From NCBI GenBank assembly GCA_965232515.1, contig CBDDPY010000002.1, forward strand, positions 4,736,001-4,800,000: a DNA stretch of 64,000 nucleotides, in the 5' to 3' direction. Shown piece by piece: positions 1-9,621 of this stretch. The DNA is from Alphaproteobacteria bacterium. GTDB taxonomy: Bacteria; Pseudomonadota; Alphaproteobacteria; GCA-2731375. Every line of letters starts with the position of its first letter. Positions within the stretch are counted from its first letter, which is position 1. The notes beneath the pieces were generated by a model. The model searched no databases and had not been told where the DNA came from. It saw only the letters and a program-made list of their open reading frames with translations. The position numbers were made by a program, and so were the translations under genes.

Positions 1-318
1 GCCATTGCCTGCCCACCCGCCGTCGCCCATGCCGCGACGCTCGACGACGAAGGCCTGCGTCAGCAGATCATCGGCCGCACGCTGAAGGCCTCGATGGGAC
101 CGGTGACCATGCGCGTGCAGCACAAGCCGGATGGCAGCTCGACCTTGCGGAGTTCACGGCGCAACGATGATGGCAGCTGGCAGATCCGCGAAGGTCAACT
201 CTGCGTCCGCTGGCAGAACGTGAACGGCGGAGAGGAATCCTGCTCGACCCTGACCCCGCTCGGCGATGGCCGCTACCGGTCGTCGCGGCGCGGCATTGTG
301 CTCGAAGTCGAGAACTGA
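1..318 (+). CDS. 5'-truncated small secreted protein (DUF995-like)
   Basis: Frame is open from base 1: ...AVAHA-ATLDDEGLRQQIIGRT...GSWQIREGQLCVRW...C. It shows a signal-peptide tail and a G-x-W...LC-x-x-W pattern. Confidence 0.55.
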   Translation, partial: AIACPPAVAHAATLDDEGLRQQIIGRTLKASMGPVTMRVQHKPDGSSTLRSSRRNDDGSWQIREGQLCVRWQNVNGGEESCSTLTPLGDGRYRSSRRGIVLEVEN

Positions 319-325
319 CGGCGCC

Positions 326-1138
326 TCAGAACGTAAACCTGTAGCTGATGCCAATCAGGGCGGTGACCTGGTTCTCGGACCCGCCCGGTCCCTCGACGAT
401 CGGGCTGTCCGCCGCGTCGCCGACAAGGCGCGTGTAGGCGATCCGCGCGGTCGCCGACCAGTTGCCGGCGATGGCGTAGCTGACATTCAGGTTCACGCCG
501 ACGTCCTTGAACCCGGCCTCGGGCGAAAACGGCGCATAGATGCTGTTGGCCGCCTGTACGCCGGTGATGCCGAAATAGCTCTGCATGTAGTCCTCGCTCG
601 CCCAGGTGGCGGACATGCCGGGCGTCAGGCGCAGCCGCTGGCCCAACGGCACCATCACGCTCAGCCGCAGGCCGATTAGCGTGCCGTCATGGCCGTCAGC
701 GACGTCCTGGCCGCCAGTGACGTTCAATATCACGGGGCCATAGCGCGCCCGCAGGAAGCCGCCGGCGCGCAGGCTGGTGTCGACGTCGCCCAGTCCGTTG
801 AGAAACGGGCTGTCGTCCTCCTCCCGACCTAGGTCGAGCGAGAGCGACGGACCGACGGTGATCTCCCAGCGCCGATCGGCGCTCCGCTTGCGCAACAGAT
901 CGTAGGTCAGGCCCGTGCCGGCGAGGTTGAAGCCGAACAGGTTCCGGACGCTGATCAGCGGAAACGGGACGGTTTCGTTTTCGTCGGCGCCCTGGAACTC
1001 CGGCCTGTAGACGGCCGCGCCGCCAAGTGAAATTGTCGTCGCGTCGGGGTCCGGCGATATCGGCTCGGCATCGGCCGGTACCGAACCACCGGCAACGGCG
1101 ATACCGATGGCGGCGGCCATTTTCGTTCTGGATGGCAT
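326..1138 (-). CDS. MipA/OmpV family outer membrane scaffold protein
   Basis: Signal peptide, P-x-F-x-G-A-D, YMQSYFGI and ADSPIV motifs, C-terminal YRFTF. Confidence 0.85.
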   Translation of the reverse strand: MPSRTKMAAAIGIAVAGGSVPADAEPISPDPDATTISLGGAAVYRPEFQGADENETVPFPLISVRNLFGFNLAGTGLTYDLLRKRSADRRWEITVGPSLSLDLGREEDDSPFLNGLGDVDTSLRAGGFLRARYGPVILNVTGGQDVADGHDGTLIGLRLSVMVPLGQRLRLTPGMSATWASEDYMQSYFGITGVQAANSIYAPFSPEAGFKDVGVNLNVSYAIAGNWSATARIAYTRLVGDAADSPIVEGPGGSENQVTALIGISYRFTF

Positions 1139-1243
1139 GGCGGGACAACTCGCTCGACGGATCGACGGGGAATCCGGCCTTAAACGCGCCGGACGACGAA
1201 TATCCGTCGCCGCGATCGTTACGCCGCCTGTTCGCGGCGCGGG

Positions 1244-2383
1244 TCAGTCGTTCAGTGCTTCGCCGAGCGCCGTCAGTGCCGCGTCGGTGTCTTCCGGCAA
1301 TCCCACCGTGATGCGGATGTGGTTCTCGAAGCCCGGCGTCGGCGTGCGAATGCCGCCGATCATCAGGCCGCGGTCGGCCAGCGCCTTGATCACCGGCGGC
1401 GCCGGCCGGTCGAGCTTGGCGATCACGAAGTTGCCGACGCTCGGCATGATCTCCAGACCCAGCTCGCTCAAGCCGCCGGCCAGGCGGTCGCGCTCGGCTG
1501 AGAGCGTCTCGACCAGCCAGTCGCCGTAGGCCTGATCGTCCAGCGCCGCCGCGGCCGCCGCCTGCGCCATGGCGTTCACGTGAAAGGTCTGGCGGATCTT
1601 GTTCAGACTGTCGGCGATCTCGGCCGAGCCGCAGAGCGCGTAACCGACCCTGAGCCCCGCCATGCCATAGGACTTCGAGAAGGTCCGCAGCACCACCCAC
1701 GGCCCGGTGCGGTGCTTGATCGTCGCCAGCCCGTCGGGGCCGCCGGCATGGCGCGCGAACTCGAAATAGGCTTCGTCCAAGGCCAGCAGGCAGTGGTCCG
1801 GCGTCTCGTCGGCCAGCCGCCGGACCTCGGCTTCGGTCAGCATGGCGCCGGTCGGGTTGTTCGGCGTGCAGGCATACATCAGCCGGGTGTCGGGCCGCAC
1901 GGCCGCCAGCATGGCCTCGACGTCGTTGCCGCCGTCGGCCTTGGTCGGCACCGGAATGACTTGCGCGCCGTGAATGCGGGCGGCCAGCGTGTAACGGCCG
2001 AACGACGGGTCCGGCACGATCGCCGACCGGCTCTCGTCCAGCGTGATCTCGGCCAGCGCCTGCAGGATCTGGTCGCTGCCGTTGCCCATGATGATCAGGT
2101 CTTGGGGATGGCCGGTGCGCGCCGCCAGCCGCCTGGTCACCTCCCGCCATTGCGAATCCGGATAGCGGTTGACGCCGGCCGCGGCCTCTTGGATCGCCTC
2201 GACCACCTTGGGCGACGGCGGATAGGGGCATTCGTTCAGGTGCATGCGCCGGACATGCCCCTCGAAGCCTGCGGCCCGCAGGTCCTGCTCGACCGGCGGG
2301 CCCTGGAACGGCGGCAGGTTGCGGACATGCGGCCGGATCGGACTATTCTCGGCCGCGGCGATGTCTTTGCGCGTGTCGTTCAT
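1244..2383 (-). CDS. hisC: Histidinol-phosphate aminotransferase (class II PLP aminotransferase)
   Basis: LNECPY, NRYPD, GNGSDQ, PNNPTG, DEAY.EF and RTFSKSYGMAGLRVGY motifs. Confidence 0.85.
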   Translation of the reverse strand: MNDTRKDIAAAENSPIRPHVRNLPPFQGPPVEQDLRAAGFEGHVRRMHLNECPYPPSPKVVEAIQEAAAGVNRYPDSQWREVTRRLAARTGHPQDLIIMGNGSDQILQALAEITLDESRSAIVPDPSFGRYTLAARIHGAQVIPVPTKADGGNDVEAMLAAVRPDTRLMYACTPNNPTGAMLTEAEVRRLADETPDHCLLALDEAYFEFARHAGGPDGLATIKHRTGPWVVLRTFSKSYGMAGLRVGYALCGSAEIADSLNKIRQTFHVNAMAQAAAAAALDDQAYGDWLVETLSAERDRLAGGLSELGLEIMPSVGNFVIAKLDRPAPPVIKALADRGLMIGGIRTPTPGFENHIRITVGLPEDTDAALTALGEALND

Positions 2384-2457
2384 CGGTCTGACGCTCTACT
2401 GTTTTGTCCGTTGTCGCGGATCGTACCGGCGTGGGTCAACCGGAATCCGAAGCGGCT

Positions 2458-3702
2458 TCAGGCGTGGGCCACCACAATTCTGGGGTCCTCATCGCGGTGT
2501 CGCCAGACCAGGGTGCCGATCAGGACCAGGTTCAGCAGGTTGAAGGCGACGCCGGTCAGGAACGCCCGCTCGTAGCTGCCGGTCAGGTCGAAGATCAGGC
2601 CGCCGACATAGCCGCCAAGGCCCATGCCAATGGTGCCGAAGAAATAGACCACGCCGATGCGCCAGCCGGCCTGGCTGACATGGAACAATTCCCGCACGGC
2701 CAGCGCGTAGGACGGCACGATGCCGCCGAAGGCGAGGCCGAACAGGGCCGAGACCACGTAGAGGCTGGCCAGGCTGTCGACCCAGGCGAAGGCCGACAGG
2801 AACACCGCCTGCAGGCTGGCGCCGATCAGGATCGTGCGCAGGCCGCCGATACGGTCGGCGACCCAGCCGAAGGCCAGCCGGCTCATGAAGGCGCAGCCCA
2901 GCAGCAGCGACAGCATCTCGGCGCCGCGCGCCGTGGCGAAGCCCAGGTCGCTGCAATAGGCGACGACATGCACCATGGGCATGGCCATGGCGATGCAGCA
3001 GCCGACGATCGCCACGCCCAGCATTGCCAGCACCACATTCGGCCGTAGGCCCAGGACCTTCTCGTCGTCGTCGGCCACCAGGCCGGCCGCGCCCGGGCGC
3101 GGCCCGCTTTCCGGCGCCGGCCGCCGCAGACACAGGCTCAGCGGCACCATGATGCAGATCGCGGTAATGCCGAAGCCGATCATCGTCGCGCGCCAGCCCC
3201 ATTCGTCCATGGTGTAGCGGAAGATCGGCGGCCAGATCGCGCCGGCCAGGCTCTGGCCGCCGGCAACAATGGCGACGGCGATGCCGCGCCGGCGGTCGAA
3301 CCACTTCGTCGCGTTGGTCATCAGCGGCGAGAACATGGTGCCGTTGCCGAGTATGCCCAACAGCAGGAAATGCGGCAGGAACAGCGACCAGATGCCGGTG
3401 GCATAGCCCGACAGGATGGCGCCGGTACCGACCATGACGGCGCCGATTAGCGCCGGCCCGCCCATACCGCGCCGGTCCGCCCACAATCCCATCAGGATGC
3501 CGCCGATGCCCGCGCCCACCATGACCAGCGAATAGGCCAGCGACGGGATCTGCCGCGGCCAGTCGAACTCGGCCGCGATCGGCTTCAGGCCGACCACGAC
3601 CAGGTACGAGCCGCCGAACCCCGTCGCCATCAGCAACAGCGAGGCGACGACGACGACCCAGCCATAGGGCGTCTCGACACTGCGAACGGAAGGGGCGTGC
3701 AT
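2458..3702 (-). CDS. MFS transporter (monocarboxylate-porter-like)
   Basis: About 12 hydrophobic segments; YGWVVV, G.WADRRG and WFDRRRGIA motifs. Confidence 0.85.
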   Translation of the reverse strand: MHAPSVRSVETPYGWVVVVASLLLMATGFGGSYLVVVGLKPIAAEFDWPRQIPSLAYSLVMVGAGIGGILMGLWADRRGMGGPALIGAVMVGTGAILSGYATGIWSLFLPHFLLLGILGNGTMFSPLMTNATKWFDRRRGIAVAIVAGGQSLAGAIWPPIFRYTMDEWGWRATMIGFGITAICIMVPLSLCLRRPAPESGPRPGAAGLVADDDEKVLGLRPNVVLAMLGVAIVGCCIAMAMPMVHVVAYCSDLGFATARGAEMLSLLLGCAFMSRLAFGWVADRIGGLRTILIGASLQAVFLSAFAWVDSLASLYVVSALFGLAFGGIVPSYALAVRELFHVSQAGWRIGVVYFFGTIGMGLGGYVGGLIFDLTGSYERAFLTGVAFNLLNLVLIGTLVWRHRDEDPRIVVAHA

Positions 3703-3846
3703 GCGCGGGTGGTTCGGTTGATGGCGTTGTATTTATGAACGGTTGTGGCAGCCTAGCGAACGGCCTTGTCGTGCGCCACCCGCGCGCGGCGCATGGCAGG
3801 TTTGCGCGCCGGCGGCGACCAACCGCCGATCAGGGGAGAAACGACC

Positions 3847-4743
3847 ATGACCGAAGCCAAACCGTTCAGCGGCATCTATCCCATGCTCTACGCCTTCTTC
3901 GGCGCCGACGGGCGGCTCGACCGGCAGGCGATGTTGCGCCAGGTCGACGCTTGCGTCGGGGCCGGCGTGCATGGATTGGCGGTGGGCGGCCTTGCCAGCG
4001 AGTGCAACAAGCTGTCGACATCGGAGCGGCGGACAATGCTGGATTGGGTCGCGAACGACCTTGCCGGCCGCGTCCCGCTCAGTGTCACCATTGCCGAGAA
4101 CACCATCGCGGGCCAGATCGACATGGCCCATGCCGCGGCGGCGGCGGGCGCGCAATGGCTGGTGCTGCAGCCGCCGCCGGTGAAGTCGGCCTCGGAGGAG
4201 GAATTGATCCGGTTCTTCGGCGCCGTGGCCGATGCCGCGGAGGTGCCGGTCGGAATCCAGAACGCGCCGGAATATATCGGCATTGGTCTCACGAATGCCG
4301 GCCTGATCGAACTCAACCGCCGGCATCCCAACGTTTCGATCCTGAAGGCCGAGGGCTCGGCCGTCTACATCGCGCGGCTGGCCCAGCAGTCGGGCGGCGT
4401 CTTCACGTTGTTCAATGGCCGCAACGGCATCGAGCTCGTCGACAGCCTGCGCGCCGGCTGCAGCGGTTTGATTCCGGGTGTCGAGACCTGCGATGTGCAG
4501 TCGCGCATTTTCGAGCTCTACCGCAACGGCGACGAGGCCGAGGCCGATCGGTTGTTCGCCGGCCTGCTGCCGCTCTTGATGTTCATGATGGAATCCATCG
4601 ACCACCTGCTCTGCTACGGCAAGCGCCTGGCCGCGCGCCGCCTCGACCTCGGCGAGGTGCATGACCGCACGCCGGCCCAGGCGCCGATCCCCTTCGGTCT
4701 CGAGGTCATGGACCGCTGGTCCCGCGACCTGGTGCCCCTTTAG
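3847..4743 (+). CDS. Dihydrodipicolinate synthase (DapA)/aldolase family protein
   Basis: FSGIYP, GGLASECNKLS, IQNAP, Schiff-base Lys in ILKAE. GGGGAG Shine-Dalgarno lies before ATG 3847. Confidence 0.85.
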   Translation: MTEAKPFSGIYPMLYAFFGADGRLDRQAMLRQVDACVGAGVHGLAVGGLASECNKLSTSERRTMLDWVANDLAGRVPLSVTIAENTIAGQIDMAHAAAAAGAQWLVLQPPPVKSASEEELIRFFGAVADAAEVPVGIQNAPEYIGIGLTNAGLIELNRRHPNVSILKAEGSAVYIARLAQQSGGVFTLFNGRNGIELVDSLRAGCSGLIPGVETCDVQSRIFELYRNGDEAEADRLFAGLLPLLMFMMESIDHLLCYGKRLAARRLDLGEVHDRTPAQAPIPFGLEVMDRWSRDLVPL

Positions 4744-4895
4744 CTCGGATTTCTCAAACGCTGCAGTGTCCGCGCCGCGCGCGGGTCTCGGGCCCGAGCG
4801 GTCGCCTGAACTGTTAAAATTCGTTAATCCTGGGACGTTATGATCGCCGCTTGCGGATTTGTCATCGCTGCGGCTAGGGACTATCTTCTACCCCA

Positions 4896-5639
4896 ATGAC
4901 CGGCAAAGTTCTGATCATCGTTCATCAGGAGCATTCGACGCCCGGCCGCATCGGCCAGGCGCTGGAAGCGCGCGGTTGCGAGCTGGATATCCGCCGCACC
5001 TGTATGGGCCACGAACTGCCCGAGACGCTGGACGGCCATGTCGGCGCCATCGTCTTCGGCGGCCCGATGAGCGCCAATGACGACGTCACCCTGCCGTTTA
5101 TCCGCCAGGAACTGGAATGGCTGCAGGTGCCGCTGCGCGAGAACAGGCCGTTCCTCGGCGTTTGCCTCGGCGGCCAGATGCTGGCCCGCGTGCTCGGCGC
5201 GCCGGTTTGTTGCAGTGAAAATGGCTGGCACGAGATCGGCTACTACCCCATCCGCGCCACGGCGGCAGGTCGGAAGCTGTTCGAGGCCGAGCAGTACTTC
5301 TATCAGTGGCACGGCGAGGGCTTCGGGCTGGCCGATACGGCCGAGCTTCTGGCCGAAGGGGACTATTTTCCCAATCAGGCCTTTCGCTACGGCCGCGCCT
5401 ACGGCATCCAGTTCCATCCCGAGGTGACGCGCGAGATGATGCTGCGCTGGTCATCCAAGGCCGCGCACCGCATGGTTATGCCCGGCGCCCAGTCGCGCGA
5501 CATGCATATTGCCGGCAACGATCGGCACGATGCCGATATCGCCGCCTGGCTCGACCGGTTCCTCGATCACTGGCTCGATGCGGCGCGGCCGGCAGGCGCC
5601 GAACGTGTCGTCGCTGCCGCCGCCGCCGCAAAACCCTAG
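4896..5639 (+). CDS. Class I glutamine amidotransferase (GMP-synthase-like)
   Basis: GGPMSAND, GVCLGGQ (catalytic Cys), QFHPE (His-Glu). Confidence 0.9.
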   Translation: MTGKVLIIVHQEHSTPGRIGQALEARGCELDIRRTCMGHELPETLDGHVGAIVFGGPMSANDDVTLPFIRQELEWLQVPLRENRPFLGVCLGGQMLARVLGAPVCCSENGWHEIGYYPIRATAAGRKLFEAEQYFYQWHGEGFGLADTAELLAEGDYFPNQAFRYGRAYGIQFHPEVTREMMLRWSSKAAHRMVMPGAQSRDMHIAGNDRHDADIAAWLDRFLDHWLDAARPAGAERVVAAAAAAKP

Positions 5640-5827
5640 CTCTTCCGACGTTTCGACGATTCGGGGCGGTCGCGCCGCGATCACGCGGTGTTTATCGTCC
5701 GCGACTGGATGCCCACTTCCCGGCGGTCCCGGCCGTACAAATATCTTTACAGATGCGATGGCCGGGCGGTTCGCGATATGCCACCGGCCCCGCGCAACGG
5801 GCGCCGCGTCGCGTAGTGCGGCGACCC

Positions 5828-5885
5828 GGGATCCGCCGCCGCGGTTGCCAATGCCCCCTCTCCTCGCGTCGCGGCGGCGGATCCC
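5828..5885. repeat. Perfect 16-bp inverted repeat (hairpin) with C-rich loop
   Basis: GGGATCCGCCGCCGCG (5828-5843) pairs with CGCGGCGGCGGATCCC (5870-5885); the loop contains CCCCCTCTCCT. Confidence 0.8.
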
Positions 5886-5935
5886 AGCGCCCGAGCAATA
5901 TCCCGATCTCTATCCGATCATCTGGTGTTGTCGGA

Positions 5936-5949
5936 TTGATGCGCTTGAA
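5936..5949. promoter_or_regulatory. Degenerate FNR box upstream of fnr-like gene
   Basis: TTGAT-GCGC-TTGAA versus consensus TTGAT-N4-ATCAA (2 mismatches). Confidence 0.35.
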
Positions 5950-6050
5950 TGCCGAGTTACGGTATGATGGCGATCGAGGGGAATCGCCTTTGTTGGGGAA
6001 ATGGGGTTGAAGCCGGAGTCCGCGCCGTGAGAGATGAGCGACTAGCCGCC

Positions 6051-6779
6051 ATGTGCGGCGCCGCCGTACCCTGCGCGGCCATGCGTCGCGATACGGGCAG
6101 CGTCTGCGAAAGCTGCGATATTCGGCATCTGTCGTTCTGCGCCGGTTTGGATGACGCGCACACCGACGGGCTGGAGCGAATTCGGGCCACGGTCTCGCTG
6201 TCGGCCGGCGACGGCTTGTTCATGGAGGGCGATGCGGCGACCACGGTCTACAACCTGACCGAGGGCGCTCTGCGGGTCTACAAGCTGCTGCCCGACGGTC
6301 GCCGACAGATCACCGGTTTCGCCTTACCGGGCGATTTCGTCGGCCTCAGCGCCGACGGTGCCTACGCGTACGGCGCCGAGGCGATTGCCGAAGCAAAGCT
6401 TTGCCGGTTTGCCCGGCCGCAGCTCGAGACCCTGTTTCGCAATCATCCCGAGGTCGAACGCCGCCTGCTGGCGATCACCGGCGATGCCCTGGTCGCGGCG
6501 CAGGACCACATGCTGCTGCTCGGCCGTATGACGCCGGTCGAGAAGGTGGCCGCATTTCTGTTGCGGCTGGCCGAGCGCGCCGGCCGGCTCGGCCGCGCCG
6601 AGGATCCGTTGATCCTGCCGATGAGTCGCGGCGATATCGCCGACTTCCTCGGTCTGACGGTCGAGACCGTCAGCCGCACCTTCACCCGTCTGCGGACCGA
6701 CGGCGTGATCGCCCTGCCGCAACCCGACGAGGTGCATATCGGCGATCTCGACAGCCTGCGCGATCTGCTGCCGAGCTAA
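6051..6779 (+). CDS. FnrL/FnrN-type Crp/Fnr regulator (Fe-S O2 sensor)
   Basis: N-terminal C-x2-C-x7-C (CESCDIRHLSFC), internal Cys (KLCRF), HTH LGLTVETVSR. Start is uncertain. Confidence 0.85.
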   Translation: MCGAAVPCAAMRRDTGSVCESCDIRHLSFCAGLDDAHTDGLERIRATVSLSAGDGLFMEGDAATTVYNLTEGALRVYKLLPDGRRQITGFALPGDFVGLSADGAYAYGAEAIAEAKLCRFARPQLETLFRNHPEVERRLLAITGDALVAAQDHMLLLGRMTPVEKVAAFLLRLAERAGRLGRAEDPLILPMSRGDIADFLGLTVETVSRTFTRLRTDGVIALPQPDEVHIGDLDSLRDLLPS

Positions 6780-9463
6780 TCGCCGGCTGCGGCGTTCAGC
6801 GGCCGCCGTACCTCGACGACATCGTCCATGGCGACACCGTCGGCCTTGAAGCCGAGCGCTTTGGCCAAGGCGCGCATGCCGGCGTTCTCGCGTTTGATCT
6901 GGCCGACCATCTCGGTGGTGCCGCGGTCCCGGCAATAGTCGATCATCTTGGTCAGCAGCTTGCGGCCCAGGCCCTGGCGCTTCTGATCCGACCGGACGAC
7001 GATGGCGAACTCGGTCTGCCGGTTGTCCGGGTCGGTCACGCTGCGCACCACGCCCAGCGTCTCGGCGCTGCCGTCCGCCGTCGGCGCGGTTGCGATGAAC
7101 GCCATCTCGCGGTCGTAGTCGATCTGTGTCAGGCGGGCGATCTGGCTGTGCTCGAAGCTGCGGATCAGGCCGAAGAAACGCATGCGGACGTCCTGCTCGT
7201 CGAGCCGATTGAGAAACGCCGCGTGCGCCGGCTCGTCCTCCGGCCGGATCGGCCGCAGCAGGACCTCGCCGCCGTCGCTCAGCTTGAACGGTTCTTCCAG
7301 CTCCTTGGGATAGGGTTTGATCGCCAGCCTGTCGCCGCCGTCGGCCGCGGCGATGCCGATCCGCGCGTCCAGCGCCAGCACGCCGTCGGCGTCGGCGAAC
7401 AGCGGGTTGATGTCCAGCTCGACGATCTCCGGAATGTCGCAGATCAATTGCGCGATCTGCACCAGGGTCAATTGCAGGGCGGGCATGTCGATGGCCGGCT
7501 CGTCGCGATAGCCCGACAGCAGGCGGGAAATCCGGGTCTGGTCGATCAGGTCGGCCGCCAGCGCCATGTTCAGCGGCGGCAACGCCAGCGCCCGGTCGCC
7601 GATCACCTCGACCGCCTTGCCGCCCTCGCCGAACAGCACCACCGGCCCGAAGATCGGATCGGTCGCGCCGCCGACGATCAGCTCGTGCGCGCCCGGCCGG
7701 CGGGCCATCGTCTGCACCGTGAAGCCGTCGATCCGTGCGCCGGGTTGCAGCGCGTCGACCCGGGCCAGCATACCGTCGGCCGCCGTCCGCAGCGCCGCGG
7801 CGTCGCCAAGGTCGAGCGCCACGCCGCCGACATCCGACTTGTGGCTGATATCGGGCGACAGGATCTTCAGGGCGACCGGATAGCCCAGCCCGTCGGCGCG
7901 CGAGACGGCCTCGTCGGCGTTCTGCGCAACGGCCGTCGCCACCACGGGCACGCCGTAGGCGGCCAGCACCTGCTTGGCGTCGGGTTCCGTCAGCATGCGC
8001 TCGCCACGCTCCAGCGCCGCGGCGATCACCGCGCGGGCCTCGTCCGTCGCCGGCCTGAACCTTGTCGGCAGCGATGCTGGCGTCTGCATCAGGGCGTCCT
8101 GACGATGCCGGTAGGCCGTCATATGCAGGAAGGCCCGCACCGCGGCGCGCGGCGTGTCGTAGGTCGGCATGCCGGCCTCCGCGAACCGCTGTCGGGCCGT
8201 GGCGACGCCGTCGCGGCCGAGCCAGCAGGTCAGCACGTTCTTTCGCGTGTCCGCCGCCGCCTCGATCGTCGCTGCCGCGGCCGCTTCGGCCGAGGCGATG
8301 GCGGTCGGCGCATGCATGACCAGCAGGGCGTCGTTCTGCTTGTCGGCGAGCAGCGCGTCGACGGCCGCCGCGTAGCGTTCGCCGGGCGCGTCGCCGATGA
8401 TGTCGATGGGGTTTGCGCGCGACCAGTTGGCGGGCAGCGCCGCGTCGAGCGTGGCCAGCGTGTCCGGCGAGATATCGGCAAGCTTGCCGCCACCCTCGAT
8501 CAGCGCATCCGTCGCCAGGACGCCCGGACCGCCGCCATTGGTGGCGATGGCCAGTCGCTCGCCCCGCAATGGGCGCATCTTGGCCAGCGTCTCGGCCGCG
8601 TCGAACAACTCGTCGGTGCTGTAGACCCGAACGATGCCCGCCCGACGGAAAGCCGCGTCGTAGGCGGCATCGTTGCCGGCAAGCGCGCCGGTATGCGAGG
8701 CCGCGGCCGAGGCGCCTTCCTTCACGCGGCCGGCGCGGATCGCCAGGATCGGCTTGTTGCGGGCGGCCGCGCGCGCGGCCGACAGGAATTTCCGCGCGTG
8801 CTTCACCGACTCGATGTAGAGCAGGATCGCCCGCGTGGCGCCGTCGGCGCCGAGATAGTCGATGATGTCGCCGAAATCCACATCGGCGCTGTCGCCGAGC
8901 GAGATGAAATGCGAGAAGCCGACGCTTTGAGAGCGGGCCCAGTCCAGCACCGCCGTGCACAGCGCGCCCGACTGCGAGACGAAGGCGATCGGTCCCGGCG
9001 TCGCGGCGGCGTGGCTGAAGCTGGCGTTGAGGCCAATGCCGGGGCTCAGCAGACCGACGCAGTTCGGGCCGAGGATCCGGAACGTATATGGCCGGGCGGC
9101 GTCCAGCATCGCCTGTTGCAGCGTGCGGCCGTCCTCGGCCGTGAGGCGCGACAGGCCGGCCGTCAGCACGACGGCGGCGCGGCCACCGCGCGCGCCCAGG
9201 TCGGCGATCAGGCCCGGGACCGTTGCCGGCGGCGTGCAGATCACGCCCAGATCGGGCGCGTCCGGCAGGCTGGCGACGTCACGATGGGCCTTGACCCCGG
9301 CAACCTCGCGATGCTTCGGATTGACCGGCCAGACCGGGCCTGCGAATCCGCCCGACAGCAGGTTGCGCATAACGACCGCGCCGACGCTTTGCGGCCGGTC
9401 CGACGCGCCGATCACGGCGACCGAGGACGGCCGGAGCAGTTTGTCGAGGTGGCGGACGGTCAT
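6776..9463 (-). CDS. Bifunctional acyl-CoA-ligase-like/GNAT protein lysine acetyltransferase (Pat/PatZ/YfiQ family)
   Basis: VAVIGAS, GPNCVG, SQSGAL, SHTGALAG, SHKSDVGGV, ELDINPL, and C-terminal GNAT (LRPIRPED, QIDYDREMAF, QGLG). Confidence 0.9.
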   Translation of the reverse strand: MTVRHLDKLLRPSSVAVIGASDRPQSVGAVVMRNLLSGGFAGPVWPVNPKHREVAGVKAHRDVASLPDAPDLGVICTPPATVPGLIADLGARGGRAAVVLTAGLSRLTAEDGRTLQQAMLDAARPYTFRILGPNCVGLLSPGIGLNASFSHAAATPGPIAFVSQSGALCTAVLDWARSQSVGFSHFISLGDSADVDFGDIIDYLGADGATRAILLYIESVKHARKFLSAARAAARNKPILAIRAGRVKEGASAAASHTGALAGNDAAYDAAFRRAGIVRVYSTDELFDAAETLAKMRPLRGERLAIATNGGGPGVLATDALIEGGGKLADISPDTLATLDAALPANWSRANPIDIIGDAPGERYAAAVDALLADKQNDALLVMHAPTAIASAEAAAAATIEAAADTRKNVLTCWLGRDGVATARQRFAEAGMPTYDTPRAAVRAFLHMTAYRHRQDALMQTPASLPTRFRPATDEARAVIAAALERGERMLTEPDAKQVLAAYGVPVVATAVAQNADEAVSRADGLGYPVALKILSPDISHKSDVGGVALDLGDAAALRTAADGMLARVDALQPGARIDGFTVQTMARRPGAHELIVGGATDPIFGPVVLFGEGGKAVEVIGDRALALPPLNMALAADLIDQTRISRLLSGYRDEPAIDMPALQLTLVQIAQLICDIPEIVELDINPLFADADGVLALDARIGIAAADGGDRLAIKPYPKELEEPFKLSDGGEVLLRPIRPEDEPAHAAFLNRLDEQDVRMRFFGLIRSFEHSQIARLTQIDYDREMAFIATAPTADGSAETLGVVRSVTDPDNRQTEFAIVVRSDQKRQGLGRKLLTKMIDYCRDRGTTEMVGQIKRENAGMRALAKALGFKADGVAMDDVVEVRRPLNAAAGD

Positions 9464-9507
9464 CGGGCAGGCTCCGGCGGATCAGCGGCGGGATAGCGAT
9501 CTTCTGC

Positions 9508-9534
9508 ATTTTGTGCGTTGCAGCATGATGTCAA
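9508..9534 (-). promoter_or_regulatory. Putative promoter of pat with PhaR-like TGC-N3-GCA box
   Basis: The minus strand reads TTGACA-TCATGC-TGCAACGCACAA-AAT, 45-70 nt upstream of the ATG. Confidence 0.4.
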
Positions 9535-9621
9535 TGATCCCAATCCGTCGGGACCTGCCCATTGCGCCAGGCCATCGCCGCTCCTAGATTGCTGATGGAG
9601 GGATCGGAGCATCTGCACGAT

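Noticed and set aside
4814-4827. TTAA-N6-TTAA upstream of the amidotransferase as a CtrA box
   Set aside because: The spacer is 6 nt rather than 7 and the gene context is unrelated.
6401-9496. 1031-aa plus-strand ORF and similar long antisense or alternate-frame ORFs (e.g. 42133-44793, 15956-17932, 51356-53308, 32052-33935)
   Set aside because: They are shadows of well-supported genes in high-GC DNA, with no family motifs.
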